This document shows positions 9,278 through 18,268 of a stretch of 64,000 nucleotides of DNA, in pieces. The translations under genes and the position numbers were made by a program. The notes below the pieces were generated by a model. The model saw only the letters and a list, made by a program, of their open reading frames with translations, did not search any database and was not told where the DNA came from. Positions within the stretch are counted from its first letter, which is position 1, and each line of letters starts with the position of its first letter. Source of the stretch: Verrucomicrobiota bacterium (lineage in GTDB: Bacteria > Verrucomicrobiota > Kiritimatiellia > RFP12 > UBA1067); contig JBNMKZ010000003.1 of the NCBI GenBank assembly GCA_050874585.1, positions 12,474-76,473 on the forward strand, written 5' to 3'.

Positions 9278-10258
9278 ATGAAGAATTTTCAGGCGGTGAT
9301 ATTGGCGGGAGGAAGCGGCGAGCGCTTCTGGCCTCTCTCAACGGCGGCGCGGCCGAAGCAATTCTTGAGCGTTTTTGGTGAAAAGAGCCTGATTCGCTTG
9401 AGTTTTGATCGTCTTGGTGATTTGTGCTCACCCGAAAATGTCCATGTCATCACGGGGCGCGCCCTCATTCGGGCGACGAAGCGTGAACTGCCTGAGATCC
9501 CCTCGGAAAATATCGTGGGCGAACCGATGCGCCGCGACACGGGGGCCGCCGTTGCACTGGGCGTTGGGGTTTCCGCTGGTGAGGGCGATCCCGTCATCGG
9601 GGTCTTTTCAAGTGACCAGCTGGTTGCACGGCCGGCGCAGTTCCGTGCGGCTGTCAAGAAGGCGATTGGCATCGCTCGAAAAAGTCGTGCGATTGTGACG
9701 ATTGGCATCCGCCCAACCTATCCTGCCACGGGGTTTGGCTATGTCGACCCGGCAACGGGCAAGTTCGTCGAGAAGCCTGACGCCGAGAAGGCGAAGCGCT
9801 ACTTGGAGAAGGGCTTTCTGTGGAATGCGGGGATGTTCATTGCCCGGGCATCGACCTTTCGGGCGGCATTTGCCGCGCATGCGCCGGCCCTGTCGGGCCT
9901 TGCCGAAACGCGCTACACCACGGCCAAATTGCGTCGTTTGTATGAGGGGCTCCCCCGCATTTCGTTCGACTATGCCGTGATGGAGAAGCATGAGACGGTG
10001 GCCGTTGTCCCCGGCGACTTTGGATGGGATGATGTTGGCGGCTATGGGGCGTTTGAGCGTTACTATCCGCATGATGCCGAGGGGAATGTCGTGAGCGGAG
10101 ACGTGAAGACCGTTGAATCGGCGGACAACATTTGCATCGCCAAGGGTCCGAAGATAGCCCTGCTGGGTGTGAAAGACCTGGTGGTCGTCTCGACGAAGGA
10201 AGCCGTCCTCGTTGTGAGCCGCGCTCGTGCGGGCGAACTCAAGAAACTGTTTGCGTGA
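9278..10258 (+). CDS. Mannose-1-phosphate guanylyltransferase (no isomerase domain)
   Basis: 'AVILAGGSGERFWPLS' nucleotidyltransferase signature. The alternative start is 9272. Confidence 0.85.
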   Translation: MKNFQAVILAGGSGERFWPLSTAARPKQFLSVFGEKSLIRLSFDRLGDLCSPENVHVITGRALIRATKRELPEIPSENIVGEPMRRDTGAAVALGVGVSAGEGDPVIGVFSSDQLVARPAQFRAAVKKAIGIARKSRAIVTIGIRPTYPATGFGYVDPATGKFVEKPDAEKAKRYLEKGFLWNAGMFIARASTFRAAFAAHAPALSGLAETRYTTAKLRRLYEGLPRISFDYAVMEKHETVAVVPGDFGWDDVGGYGAFERYYPHDAEGNVVSGDVKTVESADNICIAKGPKIALLGVKDLVVVSTKEAVLVVSRARAGELKKLFA

Positions 10259-11007
10259 ACGAGAAGAGCTATAAGTATTGCGTCGTCATCGCCTACGATG
10301 GGACGGCCTATTCCGGCTGGCAATACCAGGAAAATGCCGTCGGCATCCAGCAGGTCGTCGAGGAGGCGGTTGGCCGCATCGAAGGTGCGCCCGTGCGTGT
10401 GCGCGGCTCGTCCCGGACGGATGCGGGGGTGCATGCGAAGGGCTACGTAGCGGATTTCTGCCTGTCGCATGCAATTCCGCCGGCCAATCTCGTCCGGGCG
10501 TTGAACGCTCAGTTGCCAATGGCGATTCGCATCCTGCGGGCTAAACGCGTCAAGGACGACTTCAATGCCCAGTTGTCGGCGAAGGGCAAGGAGTATCGCT
10601 ATCAGCTCTATCAGGCGGACATTCTGCCGCCTCATCTGGCCCCCTACTGGGCGTTCACCCATCGCAAACTTGATTTGGCGGCCATGCAGGCGGCGGCGGC
10701 CTATTTCGTCGGCAAGCATGATTTCGTCTCTTTTGCCGCGAATCCGAATCGTCCGCTTGCAACGACGGAGCGCACGATCTTCTCGTTTGTCATCAAGCGG
10801 GTTGGGCCTCGCTACACGTTCATTGTCCGTGGGGATGGCTTTCTCTACAAGCAGGTTCGGTCAATGGTTGGCTTTCTGCTGTCCGTTGGCAAGGGGAATG
10901 AAAAGCCCATTGCCGTCAAGGAATTGCTGGAGGCGAAGGCGCCGCGTACGGCGCGTGTTGAGACGGCTCCTGGCCGCGGACTTTTTCTTTGGAAGGTTTT
11001 CTACTGA
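10255..11007 (+). CDS. truA: tRNA pseudouridine(38-40) synthase
   Basis: 'YKYCVVIAYDGTAYSGWQYQ...GSSRTDAGVHA' with the catalytic Asp motif. GTG 10255 overlaps the upstream TGA. The earlier part of track ORF 10132.. is out of context. Confidence 0.85.
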   Translation: MNEKSYKYCVVIAYDGTAYSGWQYQENAVGIQQVVEEAVGRIEGAPVRVRGSSRTDAGVHAKGYVADFCLSHAIPPANLVRALNAQLPMAIRILRAKRVKDDFNAQLSAKGKEYRYQLYQADILPPHLAPYWAFTHRKLDLAAMQAAAAYFVGKHDFVSFAANPNRPLATTERTIFSFVIKRVGPRYTFIVRGDGFLYKQVRSMVGFLLSVGKGNEKPIAVKELLEAKAPRTARVETAPGRGLFLWKVFY

Positions 11008-12086
11008 TGCTTTACTATCTTTCACTTTATTTGACGCCCTATTGGGGGCCATTCCGACTTCTCCAGTCTCATGCGCTTTTGCTGGCGGGCGGTGCCTTGA
11101 CGGCCGCGCTGTTGACATTCATGTTTTTGCCGCGCCTCTGGAATCGGTTGCCACGGGATCGCGGCAAGGCCCTGTGCAAGGATTTGGGCGGCATGAAATC
11201 CGCTGGAAAGCCGACTGGCGCGGGCGTTCTCCTGTCGCTCATCGCGTTGCCGGTTATCATTCTCTTCACGCCATTGGCTTTTTGGGATCTTCTGGCTGTT
11301 GCCTTGCTCTATGCGGCAATGCTCTTCGGCTACCTTGACGATCGGGCCGCTGTTCCCTGGGGGGAACTGAAAAAGGGGTTGCTGGATGCCGTTGTCGCGC
11401 TTGGCATCGCCTATTGCATTGCGCGTGGACACTCGACGCTCGTCTGGTTGCCGTTTGTGAAGGGGGTGTGGGTTGTCCCGCTCTGGCTTTATGTTCCGTG
11501 TGCCGGGTTCATGCTGTGGTTTACGATGAATGCGACGAATTGCTCGGACGGCGTGGATGGTCTTGCGGGCACATTGACCCTGATTACATTGGTTCTGCTG
11601 GCGGTGATGCTCTATGTGATTGTCGGCTATCGTCCCGTGGCTCATTATTTCCTGTTGCCGTGCGATCCCGAGGCGGCCCGTTGGGCGATTCTCGTGATGA
11701 CGGTTGCCGGTGGTGTCGGTGGATACCTGTGGTTCAATGCAGAGCCGTCGAAGATTTTGATGGGTGATGCGGGCAGTCGTTTCTTGGGGATTTTGGTCGG
11801 GACAGCCGTTCTGGTGACGGGCAACCCATTTCTGATTCTCGCCTTCTCGCCCGTCGTCCTCGTCAATGGCGGGGGTGGACTCGGTAAGCTCGTCCTCTTG
11901 CGACTTGCGAAGAAAGTGGGTTTTGACATTGGTGAAGACGCGGCGATTCGGCGCATTCGCTTTCCGTTGCATGATCATTGCAAGAAGAATCTCGGCTGGT
12001 CGAATGCCCAGGTGCTGATGCGCTTTACGCTTCTTCAACTGGTCGTCATGCCGTTTCTCCTCCTCATTTTGGTAAAGGTGCGTTGA
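11007..12086 (+). CDS. mraY: Phospho-N-acetylmuramoyl-pentapeptide transferase-like (MraY/GT4 family)
   Basis: 'NATNCSDGVDGLAG', 'GDAGSRFLG' and about 10 TM segments. Not in a dcw cluster, so the exact substrate is uncertain. Confidence 0.65.
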   Translation: MLYYLSLYLTPYWGPFRLLQSHALLLAGGALTAALLTFMFLPRLWNRLPRDRGKALCKDLGGMKSAGKPTGAGVLLSLIALPVIILFTPLAFWDLLAVALLYAAMLFGYLDDRAAVPWGELKKGLLDAVVALGIAYCIARGHSTLVWLPFVKGVWVVPLWLYVPCAGFMLWFTMNATNCSDGVDGLAGTLTLITLVLLAVMLYVIVGYRPVAHYFLLPCDPEAARWAILVMTVAGGVGGYLWFNAEPSKILMGDAGSRFLGILVGTAVLVTGNPFLILAFSPVVLVNGGGGLGKLVLLRLAKKVGFDIGEDAAIRRIRFPLHDHCKKNLGWSNAQVLMRFTLLQLVVMPFLLLILVKVR

Positions 12087-12994
12087 TGACGGTCTTGGCA
12101 TCCATCTTGCTTCTTGCACTGACGCGAGCGGAACTCGTTGATCGCCTGCGTGCCGCTCCCATGACGAAATGTGATGGGTTGGTTCGGGTCTATGGGGATT
12201 GTCCGGCTGATATGCGGCGCGAGTTCATGGGTTCTGTGGCAGGTGCGGCCGCCGATGTCTGCCGTTCGCTGGCATCGGCGCAGTCCCTGAAATTGCCGCG
12301 ATTTTCGGAGCCGGGAATCGTCATCCATATCGGCGACATTCGGACGAATGTGACGAATGTCGTGATGAGGTCGTCCACGCGTTCGAATGGGGACCGGTAT
12401 GCACGGATTTACCTGCCAGCCCCAGGGGCGGCTGATCTTCGCTCCTTTCAGTTGTCGGTTATTCGGGCTTTTTACCTCGCGGTGAAGAATGAGGTGATTG
12501 ACGATGCGGCCGCGTATGCGGCACTGGTGGCGGCGAACCCTGACTTGCGCGTTGCGGAGGAACGGGCGGAACTTGCGGACTGGCGCGAGCGCGGCAGTTA
12601 TGCGCCGGGGAAGAGTGACGAGGACTATCTCCAACTCCAGCGAAAGGTTCTCAAGCCGGGGGTCGCGGCACAGGACGATGTCCTCACGTTTGCCTCGCGG
12701 CTTCGCCTTTATCCCATGGCCTATGCGTTGCCTTTTTGTGGAAAGTACGACTCCTGCACGTTTGCCGAGGCCATTCTCCATGCGAAGACCGATCCGAGCG
12801 TGCGGCTTGCCGCGTTCGTCAAGTCACGGCAGGTCGCAATCTTCGGAGGTGGACGCGGCGAGGAGTTGGCATCCGTTGCTGAGGCCTATTCGTCTTTTCT
12901 GATGGAACTTGCACGATTTAAGAAAACCGAAATTGAATTGGCGCGTCTCTTGTCCGAGGCGGATGAAAAACTGAAAGGACTGATGAGAAAATGA
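12086..12994 (+). CDS. Hypothetical exported protein
   Basis: ATG 12086 overlaps the mraY stop. N-terminal hydrophobic 'MTVLASILLLALT'. No recognised domain. Confidence 0.5.
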   Translation: MTVLASILLLALTRAELVDRLRAAPMTKCDGLVRVYGDCPADMRREFMGSVAGAAADVCRSLASAQSLKLPRFSEPGIVIHIGDIRTNVTNVVMRSSTRSNGDRYARIYLPAPGAADLRSFQLSVIRAFYLAVKNEVIDDAAAYAALVAANPDLRVAEERAELADWRERGSYAPGKSDEDYLQLQRKVLKPGVAAQDDVLTFASRLRLYPMAYALPFCGKYDSCTFAEAILHAKTDPSVRLAAFVKSRQVAIFGGGRGEELASVAEAYSSFLMELARFKKTEIELARLLSEADEKLKGLMRK

Positions 12995-14352
12995 AGACGA
13001 AAAGGACGATAACAGACAATCGGATTGATCCGGATGTGTTGGATTATACGGTGGGTGATGATCCCGTCCTTGACCTTCGCCTGGCCGTCTGGGACTGCAT
13101 GGGCACGGCTGCGCACGTGACGATGCTTTCCGAAATGAAGCTGAAGCGTCCTGTTGTGACAAAGGCCGAGGCGGCGAAAGTCCGCAAGGAGCTTGGTCGG
13201 ATTGTCGCGCTCGCGCAGGACGGTAAGTTCGTCATCCGCGAGGACGACCAGGATGTGCACATGGCGGTCGAAAGGATGCTGACGGAGCGGCTGGGCGACC
13301 TTGGAAAGAAGATTCATACGGGGCGCTCACGCAATGACCAGGTCGCCGTTGACGTGCGCCTGCACATGAAGGACGAGATTCTGAAGACGGAGGGCGAAGT
13401 CCTCGCATTGGTTGAGACGCTTTGCCGACTGGGCAAGAAAGCGGGCCGCATTCCCCTTGTTGGACGGACGCATCTTCAGCCGGCGATGCCTTCGACAGTC
13501 GAGATGTGGGCGACAGGTCATGCAGAAATGATTGCCGATCAGCTGGAGAATATAGAAGCGGCCTATCGCCTCGCAGACCTCAATCCGCTTGGAAGTGCCG
13601 CGGGTTATGGCGTTCCCTTGCCGCTGAATCGTCAGCGGACAACGGACTTGCTTGGTTTCTCCCGCACGATTCACAACTGTTTTGGTGCGTCGATGGCACG
13701 CGGCGAGTGCGAGGCGGCGCTCCTGTCGGCTTTGGCACAGCTCATGGCGGTTCTTTCGCGCCTTGCGGAGGATATGATTCTTTTCTCCATGCCGGAGTTT
13801 GCCTATTTCAAACTGCCGCGTGAGTATTGCACGGGTTCGTCGATTATGCCGCAGAAGTTCAATCCGGATGTCCTTGAGTTGATGCGTTCGAAGGCGGCTC
13901 AGGTCCTTGGCCTTCAGACCGCCGCGCTCTCACTGCTCCATGCGATGCCGGGCGGTTACAATCGTGACCTTCAGGACTGCAAGTGGCTGTACATGAAGGG
14001 CCTCGACATTACCCGTACGACACTGCGCATCCTTGCAAAAGTTGTCGCGGGGCTTTCGGTTGATGCGGCAAGATGTCGTGCGGCGTTTACGCCAGGTGTC
14101 TTCGCCACTGACGTCGCCCTGCGAATGGTCTCTGGGGGTACGCCTTGGCGCGATGCCTATCATGAGGTTCGCGACCACCTTGAGCGTCTCGGGGATGAGG
14201 ATCCTGACATTGCCGTCAATGCGAAGACGCACGAGGGAACGACGGGCGGCATCGATCATTCCGTCTATCAGAAGCGTTTTGCGGATTTCGCAAAGAACAT
14301 TCGGGATCGGGAGCGTACGCTCTCGTCAAAGTGCAAGGCCCTGCTGAAGTAA
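12991..14352 (+). CDS. argH: Argininosuccinate lyase
   Basis: 'GRSRNDQVAVDVRL' and fumarate-lyase signature 'GSSIMPQKFNPD'. Confidence 0.9.
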   Translation: MKTKRTITDNRIDPDVLDYTVGDDPVLDLRLAVWDCMGTAAHVTMLSEMKLKRPVVTKAEAAKVRKELGRIVALAQDGKFVIREDDQDVHMAVERMLTERLGDLGKKIHTGRSRNDQVAVDVRLHMKDEILKTEGEVLALVETLCRLGKKAGRIPLVGRTHLQPAMPSTVEMWATGHAEMIADQLENIEAAYRLADLNPLGSAAGYGVPLPLNRQRTTDLLGFSRTIHNCFGASMARGECEAALLSALAQLMAVLSRLAEDMILFSMPEFAYFKLPREYCTGSSIMPQKFNPDVLELMRSKAAQVLGLQTAALSLLHAMPGGYNRDLQDCKWLYMKGLDITRTTLRILAKVVAGLSVDAARCRAAFTPGVFATDVALRMVSGGTPWRDAYHEVRDHLERLGDEDPDIAVNAKTHEGTTGGIDHSVYQKRFADFAKNIRDRERTLSSKCKALLK

Positions 14353-14358
14353 AATCAC

Positions 14359-15084
14359 ATGGACATTTTTGACGTTCGAGATTTGCATGTTCGATACGGC
14401 TCATACGAAGCCGTCAAGGGCGTGAGTTTCACGCTCCGAGAAGGGGAGATTCTGGGAATTGTCGGAGAGTCCGGCTCGGGCAAGTCGACCATTGCGAAAA
14501 CGCTCATCGGCATTGAGCGCCCTTCGTCAGGTGAAATCCGTCGGGCGGATGTGCCGGTGCAGATGGTCTTTCAGGATGCAGTTGGCTCTCTCAATCCGCG
14601 GATGACCGTGCGGCAGACTCTTTCGGAGGTCCTGAAGATTCGGCATTCGACGAAGTTTTCGGAGCCGAGTCAGTTGCTCGAACTGGTGGGGCTTTCACCC
14701 GCCGTCTTGGATCAGTACCCGCGTGAGATGTCGGGGGGGCAGTGCCAGCGCATTTCCGTTGCACGGGCACTCGCCTGTGAGCCGCGAGTCCTGATTGCCG
14801 ATGAACCGGTCAGCGCACTGGATGTCTCGGTTCAGGCCCGCGTCTTGAACTTGTTGCGTGACCTGCGTCGGGAACTCGGCTTGTCCATTCTTCTCATTGC
14901 GCACGACCTGGCCGTCGTGAAGAATGTCTGTGACCGCATTTGCGTGATGGAGCGCGGCCTTTTTGTCGATGTTGGTGATGCGGCAGAGGTTTTTGCGCAC
15001 CCGAAGAGTGAATATACGCGCCACCTCCTTTCCGCCGTTCCGGATATTTGCTATAATTCCCACTCCACAGGCAAGGACGATTAG
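14359..15084 (+). CDS. ABC transporter ATP-binding protein (peptide/nickel DppF/OppF-like), no adjacent permease
   Basis: Walker A 'GESGSGKST', signature 'MSGGQCQRISVARAL', Walker B 'LIADEP'. Its last 10 nt overlap the tRNA. Confidence 0.8.
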   Translation: MDIFDVRDLHVRYGSYEAVKGVSFTLREGEILGIVGESGSGKSTIAKTLIGIERPSSGEIRRADVPVQMVFQDAVGSLNPRMTVRQTLSEVLKIRHSTKFSEPSQLLELVGLSPAVLDQYPREMSGGQCQRISVARALACEPRVLIADEPVSALDVSVQARVLNLLRDLRRELGLSILLIAHDLAVVKNVCDRICVMERGLFVDVGDAAEVFAHPKSEYTRHLLSAVPDICYNSHSTGKDD

Positions 15085-15151
15085 CTCAGTTGGTTAGAGC
15101 AGGACCTTTACACGGTCAAGGTCGGGGGTTCGAGTCCCTCATCGTCCACCA
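15075..15151 (+). tRNA. tRNA-Val (anticodon TAC), CCA encoded
   Basis: Manual cloverleaf: acceptor GGACGAT/ATCGTCC, D-arm GCTC..GAGC, anticodon arm GGACC-TTTACAC-GGTCA, T-arm GGGGG-TTCGAGT-CCCTC, then ACCA. Confidence 0.9.
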
Positions 15152-15164
15152 CTAACAGACAGCG

Positions 15165-15195
15165 AAAGGGAGAAGTGCGCTTCTCCCTTTTCTGT
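15165..15195 (+). terminator. Rho-independent terminator after tRNA-Val
   Basis: Stem aaagggagaag / cttctcccttt with loop tgcg, followed by 'tctgtt'. Confidence 0.6.
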
Positions 15196-15252
15196 TGGGG
15201 TTGGGGAGTGCGCGGAAAACGCCCAATTTACGGGGGTGTTTGGAGTTGGAAG

Positions 15253-15327
15253 CGGGAGGGGGTAATTTCTCCAGAGGGGGACGGGAGAAAGGGGGAGTAT
15301 GATCGTTTTCTCCGTTTCCCCCTCCCG
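15253..15327. repeat. Purine-rich imperfect hairpin in the tRNA-integrase junction
   Basis: 'cgggaggggg' (15253-15262) is the exact complement of 'ccccctcccg' (15318-15327). The inner 'gggagaaag'/'ttttctccg' arms pair partially. Confidence 0.35.
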
Positions 15328-15390
15328 ATTTTCTCCCAGGAGTGCCGTTTTGGAGATGCGGATTTTGCAAGGGAGAAATGAAAAGCGGGG

Positions 15391-15430
15391 CGTGTGCGTC
15401 GTTGCACACGCCCCGCTTTTGCGTTGCGAA
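15391..15430. terminator. Bidirectional rho-independent terminator
   Basis: Perfect 17-bp stem aaaagcggggcgtgtgc / gcacacgccccgctttt with a 6-nt loop and A/T runs on both sides. It lies just downstream of the minus-strand ORF ending at 15436. Confidence 0.65.
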
Positions 15431-15435
15431 GCCCG

Positions 15436-15753
15436 TCACTTGTTGTGCTTGACTCTGCGCTTCTCCCACCGTTCCCGCGTCGCAATTGCGTGATTTTCCC
15501 GACCCTTGGCAATCATCCGTTCTGCCCATTCGACGTTCTCTGGAGAGGGAACGATGCCTTCGACGGCCTTGGCTACTGCTTCGATGAAGAATGTCGAAAT
15601 CCCCATTGGGCGCATCTTGTTGTGCGTCCTGTGGCCTTGTCTGACCCACGTCGGGACCATGCGTCCGGCTATGGCTGTTTTGACCTTGGCGACCACCTCG
15701 ACTGGGGCCGCGCAGTTGACGATCATGCGTTCGGGGTTCCGTTGTATCTTCAT
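15436..15753 (-). CDS. Hypothetical protein downstream of the integrase
   Basis: 105-aa ORF, 16 nt after the integrase stop and followed by a terminator. No recognised domain. Confidence 0.45.
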   Translation of the reverse strand: MKIQRNPERMIVNCAAPVEVVAKVKTAIAGRMVPTWVRQGHRTHNKMRPMGISTFFIEAVAKAVEGIVPSPENVEWAERMIAKGRENHAIATRERWEKRRVKHNK

Positions 15754-15768
15754 CGTAGTTCTCCTTTG

Positions 15769-17505
15769 TCAGGTTGATGGAAATCCAAGAATCCGCTCCT
15801 GCTCTGCCCAATCGTCGGTTTCGACCTTGCGGACTTTCTCCAGCGAAAAACCGTTAGGCAGGTCGCCGGTCATCGCAGCGCGAATAATCCGGGGCGAAAG
15901 AAACGCGAGGCGCAGCGTATAGCGCACGTAGTGGCGGTCTTCCTCGACGAGATCCGCCAGTTCGTGGACGGAGGACGCCTTGCCTTCGTCAATAAGCCGC
16001 AACCATGCGAATGCCCGCGCAATTGCCTTGAGAACCGCTCCCTGCGGAAGGGTGTTGTTGATCTCGCGCTGGGTTGGTCTCTGCGAGACCGAGCCGCCGT
16101 CCGTGCGGACGATCTTCTTGCGCCCGGACACCGTTCGGAAGGCGACCGGGATGCGCATGAAGAGGCATCCGTCGGCATCGATGCGCGTGTCGAATTCGCT
16201 GGTTGGCGTCGCAGGGATGCAGAGAGTCTTCACAAGTTCGTTTCGCGCATCGTCACACGGCATTTTGACGCGGATGTCGAGTGCCGATTCAAACACCGTG
16301 ACGGAACGGATGAAGAGACGGTAGATTGCCTTCCTGTCGTTCGTCGACAGCTGTTGCCAGAAGTCGTGGCGACGAAAGCCCGTGACGATCTGCTCGGGCG
16401 TGAAGGGGGTGACGTTTGCCGCCGCGACGAGCATCGTTGTAGAAGCCATCATGATCGATTCGAGTTCCTGTTCGATTGCTTCCTGCACGGTCGTTGCGCT
16501 GACATGGCGGATCGGACATTCTGAAACACCTTTGCGGGCATCTTGCTGGCAGATGAAGTAGGGATATTTCCGAACGCCGAGCGTATCCTTCTTCGACCAG
16601 CGGTAGGACATCGGATGCTGGCAATGGCCGCAGAAGATGAGCCCTTGATAAACGGCCGCCTCCGGCGTCATCTCTTTTTTCTCGCGGCTGCCCTTGGCGG
16701 CGTTGACGAGGTTGCGGACGCGATCCCAAAGTTCGCGTGTGATGAGCGCCTGTTGCTTGCCCTTGACGATCTTGCCGTGGCTGTTGGCATCGCCGACATA
16801 GCGGACGTTGCCAAGGCAATTGTAGACCGACTGCGTCGTCCATGCGCGTCCGGGGAAGCGTTCGATGCCTTCCTCGGCGAGTTTGGCCGCCACCTTCTTC
16901 GCTGAGTGGAGCTGGACAAACAACTCGAAGATGTGTGGGACGTTCTGCGCCGTCTTCGGGTCAGGGATGAGCGTCTGGTTCTCGACCTTGTAGCCGTAGG
17001 GCGGTATGCCGCCCACGAAGAAACCCTGGTCGAGGGCGGTCTTGAAGTGCTTTTGAATGCGCTCTTGAATCGTCTTGCGTTCCCATTGCCCGAACGAGAC
17101 GAGAAGGTTCACGACCAGCTCGCCCATCGGCGAGGAGGTGTCGACAAACGGCTCGGAGACGGAGGTGAATCCTACTCCGAGCTTCTTCATCTTCTCGTCG
17201 AACTCGCAGAAGTCCTTGGTACTGCGCGTCATGCGGTCGATTCGGAAGACGATGATCTTGTCGATGAGTCCCTGTTCGCATTGCGCCATGAGCCGCTGGT
17301 AGGCGGGGCGTTCGAGATTGCCGCCGCTGTAGCCGTAGTCATCGAATCGTTCGGGAAGGGCAATCCATCCCTCTGCCGCCTTGGCGGCGATGAAACTCTC
17401 GCACATCTGGCGCTGGGCATCGATGGAGTTGAACTGCTTTTCCTCTGAATCCTCGACGGACTTGCGCGTGTAAATCGCCACTCGGATCGTTTTCCCGTTG
17501 TTCAT
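15769..17505 (-). CDS. Large serine recombinase (phage integrase)
   Basis: Resolvase catalytic domain 'VAIYTRKSVEDS...IIVFRIDRMTRS', a recombinase domain and the zinc-ribbon 'CGHCQHPM'. 578 aa. Confidence 0.9.
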   Translation of the reverse strand: MNNGKTIRVAIYTRKSVEDSEEKQFNSIDAQRQMCESFIAAKAAEGWIALPERFDDYGYSGGNLERPAYQRLMAQCEQGLIDKIIVFRIDRMTRSTKDFCEFDEKMKKLGVGFTSVSEPFVDTSSPMGELVVNLLVSFGQWERKTIQERIQKHFKTALDQGFFVGGIPPYGYKVENQTLIPDPKTAQNVPHIFELFVQLHSAKKVAAKLAEEGIERFPGRAWTTQSVYNCLGNVRYVGDANSHGKIVKGKQQALITRELWDRVRNLVNAAKGSREKKEMTPEAAVYQGLIFCGHCQHPMSYRWSKKDTLGVRKYPYFICQQDARKGVSECPIRHVSATTVQEAIEQELESIMMASTTMLVAAANVTPFTPEQIVTGFRRHDFWQQLSTNDRKAIYRLFIRSVTVFESALDIRVKMPCDDARNELVKTLCIPATPTSEFDTRIDADGCLFMRIPVAFRTVSGRKKIVRTDGGSVSQRPTQREINNTLPQGAVLKAIARAFAWLRLIDEGKASSVHELADLVEEDRHYVRYTLRLAFLSPRIIRAAMTGDLPNGFSLEKVRKVETDDWAEQERILGFPST

Positions 17506-17524
17506 TTTGAAGTCCTTTCTCGTT

Positions 17525-17971
17525 TTATCCTCGATTGAGGCCCCACCATACGACGCCGTTGTAGTGGCTCTTGCCTGTGATGGCGCGGACGACGGCTGTC
17601 GGAGATGTGTAGATCTTCGACTCGTATTCGTATCGTCCGTTTCCGAGCGACTTCATTTCGTAAACCTTGCCGTGATATTCGCGCCTGTACGTGACACCGC
17701 GTTTGTCCTTTGCCGAGCGCGGTGCGTCTCGAAGTTCCTTGTTCGTCTTTGGATCGTGATTGGCAATGTAGGCGAGGGTTTCAAGTTCAGCGGGGGTCAG
17801 TCCACCCAAGGTGCGTTGCTGAATGCTGTAAGCGCATCGGGTTTGCATGAACCGCGCCCCAAAGACGGCGGCATTCACTCCCGTTAGCTCGCAGTATTTC
17901 CGTCGCAGCGTTTCAGGGTCAAGTTCCTGCAACGCGGCCAATTCCTGCTTGAGCTGTTCGCCTACTTTCAT
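17525..17971 (-). CDS. DUF2924-family protein (typical partner of large serine recombinases)
   Basis: 'LRRKYCELTG...RFMQTRCAYSIQQRTLGGLTPAELETL' matches the DUF2924 pattern as I recall it. ATG 17971 is chosen because the upstream AT-rich stretch looks non-coding. Confidence 0.65.
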   Translation of the reverse strand: MKVGEQLKQELAALQELDPETLRRKYCELTGVNAAVFGARFMQTRCAYSIQQRTLGGLTPAELETLAYIANHDPKTNKELRDAPRSAKDKRGVTYRREYHGKVYEMKSLGNGRYEYESKIYTSPTAVVRAITGKSHYNGVVWWGLNRG

Positions 17972-18129
17972 GTCCTTTTCGCCAGTTTGATTCAACGGTG
18001 GACATGATGCCGTAATGTCGGGCGAATAGCAACCGTCTATTTTACTATTCTTTATCATAAAACGCTCTTTCTTTGTCTTTTCAAGTGACGGCGAAGGAGC
18101 GATTTGAAGTCGCAACCCCGGCCTCCGCT

Positions 18130-18163
18130 CACGTTTTTCGAGGCCCAAGAGCGTTCAGTCCCG
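18130..18163 (-). promoter_or_regulatory. Copy 7 (minus strand) of the bipartite phage motif CGGGACT-N13-CCTCGAAAAACGTG, facing the DUF2924/integrase operon
   Basis: The + strand reads 'cacgtttttcgagg-cccaagagcgttc-agtcccg', the exact reverse complement of the motif with the same 13-nt spacer. Confidence 0.6.
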
Positions 18164-18238
18164 AAAATTTTGTCCTTTGAGAGGCGATGAGCGGAATTGT
18201 ATGATTTACATTGCCTTGTAATCTGCAAGTCATAGCCA

Positions 18239-18268
18239 TTGACATGGCAATGCAAAATGTGATATACT
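18239..18268 (+). promoter_or_regulatory. Sigma70-like promoter (TTGACA-N18-TATACT) for the cargo methylase
   Basis: 'ttgaca' at 18239-18244 and 'tatact' at 18263-18268. The -10 abuts ATG 18269, so GTG 18296 (after 'gaggtg') may be the real start. Confidence 0.5.

Noticed and set aside
8861-9431. Several overlapping 60-124-aa ORFs on both strands in the 8.5-9.3 kb gap.
   Set aside because: They are mutually overlapping in different frames, have no RBS and give low-complexity translations. The region is better described by its repeats and stems.
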